From Andalucia godoyi And28 (taxonomy: Eukaryota; Protista; Jakobida), in assembly GCA_009859145.1 (NCBI GenBank), contig VRVR01000001.1, positions 326,463 to 390,462 on the forward strand: a stretch of 64,000 bases of DNA, read 5' to 3'. The translations under genes were made by a program, and so were the position numbers. Positions 32,113 through 42,135 of this stretch are shown here, piece after piece. Numbering within the stretch: the first letter of the stretch is position 1; each line of letters starts with the position of its first letter. Under the pieces are notes generated by a model. It saw only the letters and a program-made list of their open reading frames with translations. It was not told where the DNA came from and searched no databases.

Positions 32113-35100
32113 ATGGCGATAACCATTAGCGAGCGTCCGTTTCGCGATGTTTCGTCGTTATTGCCCACATCACGGGTGAAGTTCACGTGTATATCCGTGG
32201 GCGCAAAATTGCTTAGTCTCGGAACAACGAGCGGCACCGTTTTTGTCTTGCAGCGTCTGACGGGGCAGATGGTGATGGTTGCGCAACCAGAAGGATTTGC
32301 GGGTGTGGAAATTTCGTCTGTTTTGTTATCTCCAAACGAAATGCGGCTGGCGGTCTGTTTTGCGGATCCTGCGCAACCGGTAGTGGTGTTGGATCTTGAA
32401 TCGATTGCTGCGCGCGAGACTCCAAAAGTCATTTCCAAGGTGTCCGAACATAAAGGAAGCATCGTTACGGAGCTTTCCTGGGATTCTGAAAGCAGAACGT
32501 TGTTTACTGGTGATATCCAAGGAAACGTGTTCTCGTCGATTGTGGGAGGCTCGAAACTGACAATGCGCAAGTCTGAGCGCGTGTTTTTTGAGCCTGGATC
32601 CCCCATTGTGCAGCTTCAGTTTTCCCCTCAGACAGATACGCTTCCTGTGTTGCTGATTGTGTCTACGATTAAGAGAGTTGTTGTTTGCGATCTCTCTCGC
32701 AAGGAAATGCATGTCATCGGCACAAAAGTTCGTGACGGAATGTATGGAGCGTTTTTCGATGCGACCTCTGTGTCGCTGTATGCCACGCGTCCAGGATTCC
32801 GGATGTGGGTTGCAGATTGGCAATCTGGGCAGGTATTGAACACCTGGAAATTTGCAATTGCCGCTGATTCCACGCAACAGGTTCCTGATAAGGGCGCCCA
32901 ATTAGGTCGTCTCCTTCCTTTTTCTCCACAGACTCCGAACGCCTATTTGTGCTGGGATGGAGGGAACATCTATTTGCTGGATATGAGTAATATTACAATA
33001 CCTGTCTGGAACAGCCAGCAGGCACTCGGAAAGATGATTGGTGTCTGTTGCTTTGATGGGGAAACGTACATTTTACACGAGACTGATTCTGTTCGGATAA
33101 CTGTTTGGAAGCTTGTTGAAGAGCAGCCCAGTGTCCAGCATGTAGAGGATGCTGACGCTGGGATTGTCGCTGGTGCACCTGCTGCTGCAGCTGCGCCGCC
33201 AGAGGCCGTTCCCGATGTTGCACTTTCGGAATCGCAATCCGCATCTGCGCTCGAGCTACCGATTATGCAGGTTTCGGAGGATCTTGCTTCTGGTCGAGAG
33301 AGTCCAACTGGTTCTTCTCTGGCTCCCGTGCATTCAGAAGCTGATATTGGACGATCCACTGAGGACCTGATGTCCGTGCATGACCCTGATTCTGCAATTC
33401 CGTTGGTGCCAGACGCGACAGTCGACTTGCATTCCGCACCCTCCGAAGCCGTTGATGATTTTCTATCGAAACCTGACGCTCCGATTGCAAGTTCTCGTGG
33501 ACGCACAAAGTCACGTACAGCGCGTACGGTTGATCTTAACGCTGCTCCGGTCATGCAGCCGTCTGCCCATTTTGTTCCTATGACTTTGCAAGACCTAAGA
33601 ACATCACCGCCTCCAGATGTTTCCGAAGAATTCATGTCTCCAAAGACGAAGAAGAGCACCATTGCAGGGCAGATTAAGCAGCGAATGAGGAAGAAAAAAC
33701 CAACATCACCTGTTGCTTCGGATGAATCTAAGCGTGGCTCGATTCCTGATGTTGAAGAAAGAAACGTTGGTCATACGGAGGCTCATCATGATGTTTCAGG
33801 CAATAGTTTGAATGCGGTAGACGCCTCGTTGAAGTCTACGTCGCCGATTTCGCCCCCCTCTCATTCTGTAGACGATATTGATGCGGATGCGACGCACACG
33901 GTTTGTGAACCAGTCGAACAAACAGTCATTTGGCCTGAAGAAAATGCTGTCGACGAAAGTGTGGAATCCCTTGTCACGCTGCTCAACTCCTTGGATGTTT
34001 CAGCCGAAAAGCTGACCCTAAGTCGAGATCGAAGTCGCACAAGCCCTGCTCTTGCAACTGCCGTGTTTGCGTACTACATCAATTCGCAAGCGTTTGCTGA
34101 TGCTTTTGAGTTTCTTTCGTCGCATCTCGAATACGTGGATCAATGGAAGTCGATTCAGCTATTTGATATTTCTCGTCATCCAGAGTTTTTACAGGTGTTT
34201 CTAGAACAAAAGCATGGCATTTTGTCTTTTGTTGCAACGGAAGTTGAGAAAACCAAGAACAAGAGCTCATATCTTTGCAGTCTTTATCCTGCACTGAGTC
34301 CGTTTCTCGTGAAAGCGGTTTTGAAGCTACCCAGCTCTGTTTCGGATGTTCAGGACACTGGAGCCTTTGCTTCCTCGGCAAGAGTTCTTGCTGACTATTC
34401 CCTGACGCTTCTGCAACGGTTTCCTGATTTTGAAGGTTGCTCTGATCTTTTGACGTACGCAACTTTGCTGGCATTGAAATGTGGGATCTCTTGTCCTTTA
34501 ATTTCCCAAATGATTTCGCAGCCTTTCAAGTTTCCGGTAGATTTGCATTCGGTTCTTGACAGCCTTTTCCGTGTCAAACGGTTTGAAGATTGTCTCCGTC
34601 TTTTTGGATGTGTGTTCATGAATCAGTCTCAAAGAGTTGAATTTTTCTGCACGACTGTGGGCTCCTGGATTGCGCAATCCTCCAAAGAACAAGGGTTTGC
34701 TTTCTCGAAGGACAAAATTTCCGTGGCTCTCGACGACTTTTTCTGTCTACCGGACTACTGCGGAGACTTGTCGCAAGATCTGATTAGTTTTTTCCGTGTG
34801 GTCGGTTCTACATGCTCGTCATACGGTGCGGCGGTAGGTGACGCCGAAGGAGCCCTCCTGTCGACATTACTCTCCAGAGTTGCGTCTGTCGCTGGTTTTG
34901 GCGTTGTGTCGTCTGTTTGTCGTCATTTGAGGACGGATGCTTGTTTTGATTGGAAAAATGTTATTTCCCAAGAGTTCCTTGCAGACATTCTCGGTTTGCT
35001 TAACGTTCAGTTTGCACACAGAGAACCGTCTGTGAAAATCCTGGAATCTCTTGACGGCTATTTGTGGTCTTCTGCCGACCCATCACTTCCGCCGCAATTG

Positions 35101-35328
35101 CGAATGCTGTCTGAATTTGAGCTTGGAGTTCGATCATTGCCGTCAGGGCACTTGTTTGACCCGAATGACGTAGTTGCCAGTCAGATTCGCGACCAAGTTT
35201 CATTTTGGTCATTGGAGGACGGAGATGTGCACTGGGGTTGTTCTCTTTCTTGCGACCATCTTCGGACCATATCCGACATCGGAACTGTGTTTGTGTCCAA
35301 GGATGGAAAGATTCTCTCTGACCGTTAA
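32113..35328 (+). CDS. HPS5/TECPR2-like WD40 beta-propeller protein
   Basis: VKFTCISVGAKLLSLGTTSGTVFV, GSPIVQLQF, LYATRPGFRMWVAD match the HPS5/TECPR2 N-terminal propeller. Confidence 0.8.
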   Translation: MAITISERPFRDVSSLLPTSRVKFTCISVGAKLLSLGTTSGTVFVLQRLTGQMVMVAQPEGFAGVEISSVLLSPNEMRLAVCFADPAQPVVVLDLESIAARETPKVISKVSEHKGSIVTELSWDSESRTLFTGDIQGNVFSSIVGGSKLTMRKSERVFFEPGSPIVQLQFSPQTDTLPVLLIVSTIKRVVVCDLSRKEMHVIGTKVRDGMYGAFFDATSVSLYATRPGFRMWVADWQSGQVLNTWKFAIAADSTQQVPDKGAQLGRLLPFSPQTPNAYLCWDGGNIYLLDMSNITIPVWNSQQALGKMIGVCCFDGETYILHETDSVRITVWKLVEEQPSVQHVEDADAGIVAGAPAAAAAPPEAVPDVALSESQSASALELPIMQVSEDLASGRESPTGSSLAPVHSEADIGRSTEDLMSVHDPDSAIPLVPDATVDLHSAPSEAVDDFLSKPDAPIASSRGRTKSRTARTVDLNAAPVMQPSAHFVPMTLQDLRTSPPPDVSEEFMSPKTKKSTIAGQIKQRMRKKKPTSPVASDESKRGSIPDVEERNVGHTEAHHDVSGNSLNAVDASLKSTSPISPPSHSVDDIDADATHTVCEPVEQTVIWPEENAVDESVESLVTLLNSLDVSAEKLTLSRDRSRTSPALATAVFAYYINSQAFADAFEFLSSHLEYVDQWKSIQLFDISRHPEFLQVFLEQKHGILSFVATEVEKTKNKSSYLCSLYPALSPFLVKAVLKLPSSVSDVQDTGAFASSARVLADYSLTLLQRFPDFEGCSDLLTYATLLALKCGISCPLISQMISQPFKFPVDLHSVLDSLFRVKRFEDCLRLFGCVFMNQSQRVEFFCTTVGSWIAQSSKEQGFAFSKDKISVALDDFFCLPDYCGDLSQDLISFFRVVGSTCSSYGAAVGDAEGALLSTLLSRVASVAGFGVVSSVCRHLRTDACFDWKNVISQEFLADILGLLNVQFAHREPSVKILESLDGYLWSSADPSLPPQLRMLSEFELGVRSLPSGHLFDPNDVVASQIRDQVSFWSLEDGDVHWGCSLSCDHLRTISDIGTVFVSKDGKILSDR

Positions 35329-35377
35329 GAGAGAGAAAAGGGGGGAGGGGGGATACAAGGGTTTGTACATACATATA

Positions 35378-35500
35378 ACCCCTCCAACCCAAAACGTATG
35401 GTAGACGGCTGCGATATATCATCGGATAGTATGGCTGAGTTGACAGCCGTCAGCATTGCTGTTGAATGAAGGCCGACGTTTTCTCCCCCTGCAGATTGCT
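35378..35500 (-). ncRNA. Candidate Fanzor1 omega-RNA scaffold (3' end of ghost element)
   Basis: Position at the element 3' end; stems GGCTG/CAGCC and GACGGCTG/CAGCCGTC; core kept in all three copies. No expression evidence. Confidence 0.4.
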
Positions 35501-35713
35501 GCTACCGGTTGCTGTCGTTGTTGGTGTTGTTGTCGCGGCGGCATAGGTGGGCAGGTCGAGGCCCAATGAGACACTGTTGAATATTGACAACTGATTCGTT
35601 GTAATCGTTGATCGGTGCTGATGCTGACTGTCAAAGTCCCTTTTTACGCCAAATGATCTGTCTGAGGCGCAGCATGCGAGCCAAATGTTTGGAGAGGGTT
35701 TTGGGTTGGAGGG
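35378..35713 (-). mobile_element. Non-autonomous Fanzor1-derived 'ghost' element, copy A (336 bp)
   Basis: 15-bp perfect inverted repeats ccctccaacccaaaa (35380-35394 / 35699-35713), TA on both sides; interior homologous to copies B and C. Confidence 0.8.
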
Positions 35714-35817
35714 TAAATACTTAAGTAACAACTCTGGTTGATTGATTTTTCTTTTAAACTCCCCCTGAATTACAACACACGTGATACACATGCACACAAG
35801 CACACAAGAATGCACAC

Positions 35818-37764
35818 TCACGGTGACCACACATCTCGAAGGTAACGAGACGATGCTTCCAGCTTCAGAATTTGCTCATGCGCTTCTTCAACAGAGCAAC
35901 CTCTATGCTTTGCGATGATGATCGCAAGCGTCTTGTCAACGTCCTTGGCCATGTACTTCGCGTCTCCGCAGACGAAGATCACACCGTTGTTTGACACACA
36001 ATCCCATATAAGAGAGGAATGTTCTTGCATCTTATCCTGGACATACACCTTATTGGCGGCATCTCTGGAAAATGCGACAATCAGATCGGAAATTGCTCCG
36101 GACGCGTGAGCAGTTTGCAATTCTTCTTCATAAATGAAATCCTCCCTTTGTCGGCGACATCCAAAAAACAAGGCACAAGGCCCCGCCCGTACGCCGCGCT
36201 CTACCAATGCAGAACGTTGCTGCACAAAGCCCACAAAGGGTGCGAGGCCCGTTCCCGGCCCAATCATTACAACAGGACGAGTGGGGTCCGAAGGAAGATG
36301 GAAAGCAGACCGGCGAACAAAAATCATCGCAAAATCCCCAGGTTCCAAGGTGGACAAGAACGATGAACAACAGCCTTCCTTGATTCTGTTCAGGGGAGTC
36401 TCATACCGCAGGACCGCCACGCAAGCATGAATGGAATTGGGATGCTTGGACTTTGATGACGAAATCGAATAATACCTGGGCTGCAAACGAGGTAAGACTT
36501 CAAGAAGATGCGCAATCGACGGCGCGCAGGATGGAAAAGCGTTCAAAACGTCCAGCAACGATCGATAGGAATCTGTGATGAATTGTTTGTATGCCAATTT
36601 GTTCTCTTCAGCGCTTGCATCTGCCATGAACTCAAGACGGGCGCGCTCTTCTGCAGAAGAACAATAACGAGCAAGCACGCGCAAGACGTTCTTCTTTGGA
36701 GGGGCCAGAATGTCAACATACCATTCAAATACTCTCCGAAGAGTGGTTCTTCGGCAAGGGAAGAACGCACGAGCGTCGTTGGGACTATCAATCAGGACGA
36801 CAGAAATCTGCGTGTCCAAAGAACTCGCTGCGATGTTCAAGCGATAACAAAGCGCATCAATATGCTTCGAATCATTCTTAGGGTAAACACCCAGGTGGTC
36901 ACCAGCTTCATACGCCACATCCCCACCTGCAATGTCGAATTCCACATGGCGAGTGGAGCGCATGCCAGGATTCAGCAACAATTCGCGATTCGCCAAGACT
37001 TTCGACTTGTACGGGAAGTTTCGGTCACAAGGATTGTTCCAACCAGGTTCTTGGAAAGGGCTGCGTAATTCGATGTTCTCTGAAGACGGGTATTCCTTTA
37101 ACATGAACGTCGGCTCCAAAGCATCTGATCCAGCATCGGGAGCCTTTGTTGAAAACACGGCAGACAGCGCTGGGAAAAGACGGGCTTTCCAATCCTCAAA
37201 ATCCTCTTCAATGTTGATATCTGCATTGCCCTCACCACGTTCGAAAGCTCGGATGGCCCCAAGTTCCGAAAGCCGTTGATCGAAATCGCGCCCAATCTTT
37301 TGATAGTGCTTATACTGTCGATTTCCTAGGCCGAAAACAGTAAATCGAACACCATCCAGCCTTGCTGCCTCGGAGCTCATGATCCATTCGTAAAACGCCT
37401 GAGCATTATCCGTGGGCTCCCCTTCACCATACGAGGCAACACACAATACGACCATAGACTCCGAAGGAAGAGCATCCCGGTCGTATTGGAATAGATCGTG
37501 GACAACACATCTGAACCCCCAGCGTTCTCCTTCCTTTGAAAGCGCATTCGAGAAGACTTCTGCCGTCCCAGTCTGCGAACCGTACAGAATCGTAATGCGA
37601 GGTCGCTTGTCATTCCCATCGTGCAGCTTCGCAGTCGACGCAGACGCGGTTCTCTGCACTTCCTTGCGACCGCCAAACACAAACCTTTTTAACAACAAAT
37701 AGAACACATAGACAGCGACAACCGCGCCAACCAGCTGCAACACTGCAGGGTCCACCTTTACCAT
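35818..37764 (-). CDS. POR: NADPH--cytochrome P450 reductase
   Basis: N-terminal TM anchor; YGSQTGTAE, SYGEGEPTDNA, FGLGNRQY, LQPRYYSISSS, GPGTGLAPF, KVYVQD, RYLRDVW. Confidence 0.95.
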   Translation of the reverse strand: MVKVDPAVLQLVGAVVAVYVFYLLLKRFVFGGRKEVQRTASASTAKLHDGNDKRPRITILYGSQTGTAEVFSNALSKEGERWGFRCVVHDLFQYDRDALPSESMVVLCVASYGEGEPTDNAQAFYEWIMSSEAARLDGVRFTVFGLGNRQYKHYQKIGRDFDQRLSELGAIRAFERGEGNADINIEEDFEDWKARLFPALSAVFSTKAPDAGSDALEPTFMLKEYPSSENIELRSPFQEPGWNNPCDRNFPYKSKVLANRELLLNPGMRSTRHVEFDIAGGDVAYEAGDHLGVYPKNDSKHIDALCYRLNIAASSLDTQISVVLIDSPNDARAFFPCRRTTLRRVFEWYVDILAPPKKNVLRVLARYCSSAEERARLEFMADASAEENKLAYKQFITDSYRSLLDVLNAFPSCAPSIAHLLEVLPRLQPRYYSISSSKSKHPNSIHACVAVLRYETPLNRIKEGCCSSFLSTLEPGDFAMIFVRRSAFHLPSDPTRPVVMIGPGTGLAPFVGFVQQRSALVERGVRAGPCALFFGCRRQREDFIYEEELQTAHASGAISDLIVAFSRDAANKVYVQDKMQEHSSLIWDCVSNNGVIFVCGDAKYMAKDVDKTLAIIIAKHRGCSVEEAHEQILKLEASSRYLRDVWSP

Positions 37765-37974
37765 TTCTAAAGAAGCGACTTTGGAAGCAGGAAGAGAGAG
37801 GAAAAAAAGGAATTCTGCAAAACAAATCAATCAGCGAAAGTTTTGGCTTCGGTTCTTGTTTTGTTGCTGCTTTTTCGGGGGGTTGGGTCGCCTGCCTTTT
37901 TTTATTTACAGACGGAAAAAAGGGTGTTTGTCTTTGCTTTTTCCCACTTCTTGGTTTTTGGCTTTCACTGCTGT

Positions 37975-38400
37975 GTGGAGTGCTCTTCCGTCACGATGAT
38001 CGTACAGCAGTCTCTGGGCAGAATTGAGAGTGGCCCCACGTCAGCATCTGGCGTGCAGTCTTGCATTGAATGTGGCGTTTCTTCCCTTTTGCCGGCTCCC
38101 TTCGCACCATATGAGGCATGTCGAATTTCGGAGGTAGAAAGCAGTCATGCTCCCCTCACAAAGTATTTTGCTAAAGCCGATGAAAACGAAATAGAACGCG
38201 ATAAGAACAGTTGATACAGCGGCTCTGCAACGTTTGAGTTGTTGAAATGCAGAGATCCTGAAACGTTCCCCCGAGATTCTGATACGAGACCACAAACCCC
38301 AACTGGCCAGTGTTATCGCACCGTGGCCCGTGATCGAGCTCTTTCTGAGAGAAACCCGACTGCAAAGAACATGCACACAAATTGCTTTATTTGCTAACCA
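37975..38400 (-). pseudogene. Decayed Fanzor2 fragment (RuvC-II region)
   Basis: EHDCFLPPKFDMPHMVRREPAKGKKRHIQCKTARQMLTWGHSQF then IIVTEEH; about 100 bp nearly identical to 48240-48342. Confidence 0.8.
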
Positions 38401-38619
38401 ATGTAATGTAACATAAGAATAAAGAACACACACTGCCAATAGAATACACTGCCAAAAGCACAGAAAAGGAGATAGAGTCACAAAAAGACTTCTTCCTCCC
38501 TGTTTTTTCCATTCATCTTATCATTTTCTTTTTTTCTTTTTTTTTATCTGGGCGTTTTCTCTGTTTCTGTTTGCATATCCTTCTTGGTCTGAAAAGACGA
38601 AAAATCATATCCCTCCTTT

Positions 38620-39072
38620 TTAAGGACGGCCCTGGGCGGGAGGTGCTGCGTTTGCAAACTGCACTGGGAACTTGAGACGGTACTCGCGCTCCTGCTGGCA
38701 GATGGCAAGGTGTGCGCAGCAGAAAGCAACGGTCTTTTCACCGCAAGTATCATTGGGGACAATGCCCAAGGACTGGCGGAACTGGGGGCGCTTGCAGCAC
38801 TCAAGGCACAGCAAGACAATACCGGTGACATAGTACAGAGCGGCGACTGACAAAACGCAACCGCCAAACTTCTCACAGCCAGTCATCTGTTCCTCGGAGC
38901 GTCCCTCCAGGCGGGCCTTGTGCTTGCACCAGAGGTATCCAGAGCAAAAGAGCCCACAGCAGCAGACGCCAATGTCTTCGCAGCATGAGCAAAGACCGGA
39001 CGAAAAGTCCGGAGCGAGCTGTGCCTGTCCACCAGCGTTCATCTTCATCGGGTCAAAAGCCTGTCCTTGCAT
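38620..39072 (-). CDS. PLAC8/cornifelin-family cysteine-rich protein
   Basis: DFSSGLCSCCEDIGVCCCGLFC, RPQFRQSLGI...DTC...FCCAHLAICQQERE. Confidence 0.88.
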   Translation of the reverse strand: MQGQAFDPMKMNAGGQAQLAPDFSSGLCSCCEDIGVCCCGLFCSGYLWCKHKARLEGRSEEQMTGCEKFGGCVLSVAALYYVTGIVLLCLECCKRPQFRQSLGIVPNDTCGEKTVAFCCAHLAICQQEREYRLKFPVQFANAAPPAQGRP

Positions 39073-40423
39073 TGTAGGGGTTGTAAAACGTTACTTTTCA
39101 ATGGAAAATTAAAATAGATATCCAAGAAGGAGGAGAAAGGAAAAAGGAAAGAGAAAAAAGAAAGGGAGAGAAGAAGAAGAAAAGAAGAAAGGATGAAAGG
39201 AAAAGGAAAAAAAGCGCAACAGGCTAGCGATTTGAGGTCCAACCACCAGAAAAAGCATACAGGATGGTTCCGTTTGTCATGATGCGGATTTCGGATTCGG
39301 TTGCGCGGAAGCCGTTTAGTGCGCTGGGCGCAAAAAACAAAAACGGAAAAGACAGGGAGGCTGCCGGGGTTGGTGTGATCATCGTTTATTTCATTTATTT
39401 TTCCTGTGCAATTATTGTCTATGCATACGAGCAAAAAACTCTACAAATACACAAAAAAAAAGACATGTGCTCTGCGGTTTACAGGGCGCACCCAGCTGCA
39501 CGTTTCTGCTTGTGGAGTCGAAACTCGATATCACGAAACGAATCGGCAAGGATCTCTTTTTTTTTTCCAACTGCCAAAGCGTGCATTTTCCTGTGACTTT
39601 TGCTGGAGCAACGTGGAAGTAACGACCGCGTAGACCGCCAATGTGCACAGACGATAGAGTCTTCGCAGATCAAAATGGGGGAAAGAAGTGGAAACTGCGC
39701 TTCATTTTATTATTTTATTTTGCTGTCGCTGTTGTTTTCGTGATTGACCTTGAGGATCATCCATTCTCGAACAGTGCGTAAACAAATGGGGTCATGAGTG
39801 GAGAGCTGCATCGAATGGAAAAGAAAACCTGTATGCACCCTGCGGATTTTTTTGGAAATTGGTGTTTGCGTCCCTCCCAGCTGACGGCTGACAAGATCGT
39901 TGGTTGAGGATAATCGTGACGTCGTGACGTCTTGCGGAATAGCGCCGAACAGTGAACGGTGTTTTGATTTTGGATTTCATGAACCTTGAAGACATGATCG
40001 GTCGATGGATCCCTTGCGACGGTTTTCTTCTACTCGTACTCCTGCTGTGCGTTCAAGTTAAATCAATTACGGCTTTGCAGAATCCATCATCGAATTCAAC
40101 GGGAAACTTTCACACGGACCTAAAGGACTAATAGAATGTCGTTGTCGTTAAAAAGGTCGTTCGGACTTGGATGCAACCGATTCACCGGGTATCAGTACAC
40201 CAGTGGATTCCTGCGAGGAAACGGAAATCTCAATGCGGCAGCGCAGCAGCGCCTGCAGTTCTGCTGGGTGAACAACTTGAGGGTCCAGGAAACTCACTTG
40301 TTCGTAAAAAGGAAAGGGCACATCGCTGTCCCACGATTGTGGTATCCGCATTATTGTGTACAAGAATTGCGCAGCAAAGACGAATTACTGTTATTTTTTT
40401 TTTCAACGTAAGAAGCCTGAAAT

Positions 40424-41335
40424 TTGAAACTGATGCGGATCGTGTCTTGGAACGTTTCTTTTGCATCAGTTGCACCACTGAGTGCATACGCGCCCCGGTC
40501 GTTTGGTTTTCGAGAGAAGTCTGTCGCGATTGCAAAGGAGATTTCATCTGTCAACTCAGATGTGGTAATTCTCCAAGAAGTGAAACCTGCGGATCGAGGA
40601 AGCTCTCCTCAGGATGTGGTGGCGTCGCCCACTGCACTCGAGATGAGCGAGGATGAGCAGCTCGAGTATGCGATTCGATTGTCTTTGCAATCCGAGAAGT
40701 TTGCTAGTGCAGCTGAGGACGATTTTGCTGACTCATTCTCTTTATCTGTAGGATACCACCTGGGGTCGCATGGGTACTCCATGGTTGGTCACCAGTCCGC
40801 GCACTGCGGTGAAATTCAAATGTATGTGAAATCTACAACAATTGCAAATGCTTCCATTCAACCGTTAAACATGCGGCTTCCTGCTGTGCTTGCAAAGATT
40901 CGTAGTCGAGACGGCTTGGAAACCTCTGTCGCCGGAGTTCACTTGGAGCCGTTTCGAGAGGGGGCCGAGACAAGACTTGCTCAGGTTCGGTCGATTGTCC
41001 ATGCATGTTCTGGAAGGTCAAATTCAGAACCGTTGATCATTATTGGGGATTACAACTTGCGCGAAGCTGAGACCAAGTCATTGCAAGCATTAGGCCTCAC
41101 TGATGCGTGGGCGGCGTGTGGTAGGAGCCCGCAGACAAAATGTACGTTCAACAAGGTGTTGAATCCGTACCACGGAGAAGACGAGGAGTTCCGCGTTACC
41201 GCTCGGTATGACCGGGCAATGTACAGACATCTGATTCCGAGGAGGTTTTCTCTGATAGGTGATCAACATTTGGAGGACAGCAGACACTATTTATCAGATC
41301 ATTTCGGAATCTTGTGCGATTTCGACAGTGAATAG
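40424..41335 (+). CDS. TDP2: TDP2-like exonuclease/endonuclease/phosphatase with an inserted UIM
   Basis: SWNV, DVVILQEV, GVHLEP, GDYNLRE, RYDR, SDHFGILCDF; EDEQLEYAIRLSLQS UIM-like insert. Confidence 0.8.
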   Translation: MKLMRIVSWNVSFASVAPLSAYAPRSFGFREKSVAIAKEISSVNSDVVILQEVKPADRGSSPQDVVASPTALEMSEDEQLEYAIRLSLQSEKFASAAEDDFADSFSLSVGYHLGSHGYSMVGHQSAHCGEIQMYVKSTTIANASIQPLNMRLPAVLAKIRSRDGLETSVAGVHLEPFREGAETRLAQVRSIVHACSGRSNSEPLIIIGDYNLREAETKSLQALGLTDAWAACGRSPQTKCTFNKVLNPYHGEDEEFRVTARYDRAMYRHLIPRRFSLIGDQHLEDSRHYLSDHFGILCDFDSE

Positions 41336-41377
41336 CTGCCGCAGCAATTGGCATGTACAAAAATAAAGGTGATGAAA

Positions 41378-41986
41378 CTACGTGAGAGAAAGCTTCTCTT
41401 CGCCGGAAACCGTATGCTTCCACTGCACGACTCCGTCTGGAGCTTGCGCTTGAAGGACCTTCTTCAGTAACAATTCGGGGTCCGATTCGTAGATGAAGTT
41501 GTCAGCGTATTTCTTTCCCAGGAATCCAGTTTCCACAAGCTGCGTAATGAGAGTGCGCAGCGGCTCGTAAAAACCATTCACATTGAGGACACCAATGACT
41601 TTGCGATGAATCCCTAGTTGGGTCCAAGTTGCCATTTCGAACAATTCTTCGAGCGTTCCGATCCCGCCGGGAAGCGCGATGAACGCATCAGCGTTTGACG
41701 CCATGAGCTGTTTCCTCTCGTGCATCGTCTTCACAACAACAACTTCGCCTGGAGGGGAAGTACCGGACACTTCTCTAGGAGCCAGAGACTCTGGAATAAC
41801 CCCCAGGACAGCTGCTCCAGAGTCTGCAGCCCCACGTGCAACAGCGCCCATGATACCGATTCCGCCGCCTCCATACACCAGCCGAATGTTGTGAGATGCA
41901 AACAGCTGCCCAAGCTCGGTGGCCTTCGTAGCGAACACAGGGTCGTTTCCGGAAGAAGACCCGCAGAACACACAAATAGAAATCAT
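41378..41986 (-). CDS. LOG: LOG-family nucleotide phosphoribohydrolase
   Basis: ICVFCGSSSG, LVYGGG..GIMGAVA, MHERKQLM, ALPGGIGTLEELFE; start chosen at the ATG at 41986. Confidence 0.93.
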   Translation of the reverse strand: MISICVFCGSSSGNDPVFATKATELGQLFASHNIRLVYGGGGIGIMGAVARGAADSGAAVLGVIPESLAPREVSGTSPPGEVVVVKTMHERKQLMASNADAFIALPGGIGTLEELFEMATWTQLGIHRKVIGVLNVNGFYEPLRTLITQLVETGFLGKKYADNFIYESDPELLLKKVLQAQAPDGVVQWKHTVSGEEKLSLT

Positions 41987-42135
41987 CCTCTCAGCGATCC
42001 CCATGTCTCTCACTACGTCCATGTTGACGCGAAAAGGCAATAGAATCTGCAAAACTGTTGCCTTTTTCAGATCAGAGAAATCCCAGCCAGCGTCTGCACT
42101 CAACCAACCTTTGAAAGCGAGTCGAACCTTTTGAT

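Noticed and set aside
11684-39681. Shared 14-mer gatcaaaatggggg at 11684 and 39668
   Set aside because: Several exact 14-mer matches are expected by chance in 64 kb, and there is no flanking homology
40136-40411. Helicase-associated (HA) domain-like fragment FVKRKGHIAVP
   Set aside because: Single short motif without the surrounding conserved Trp pattern
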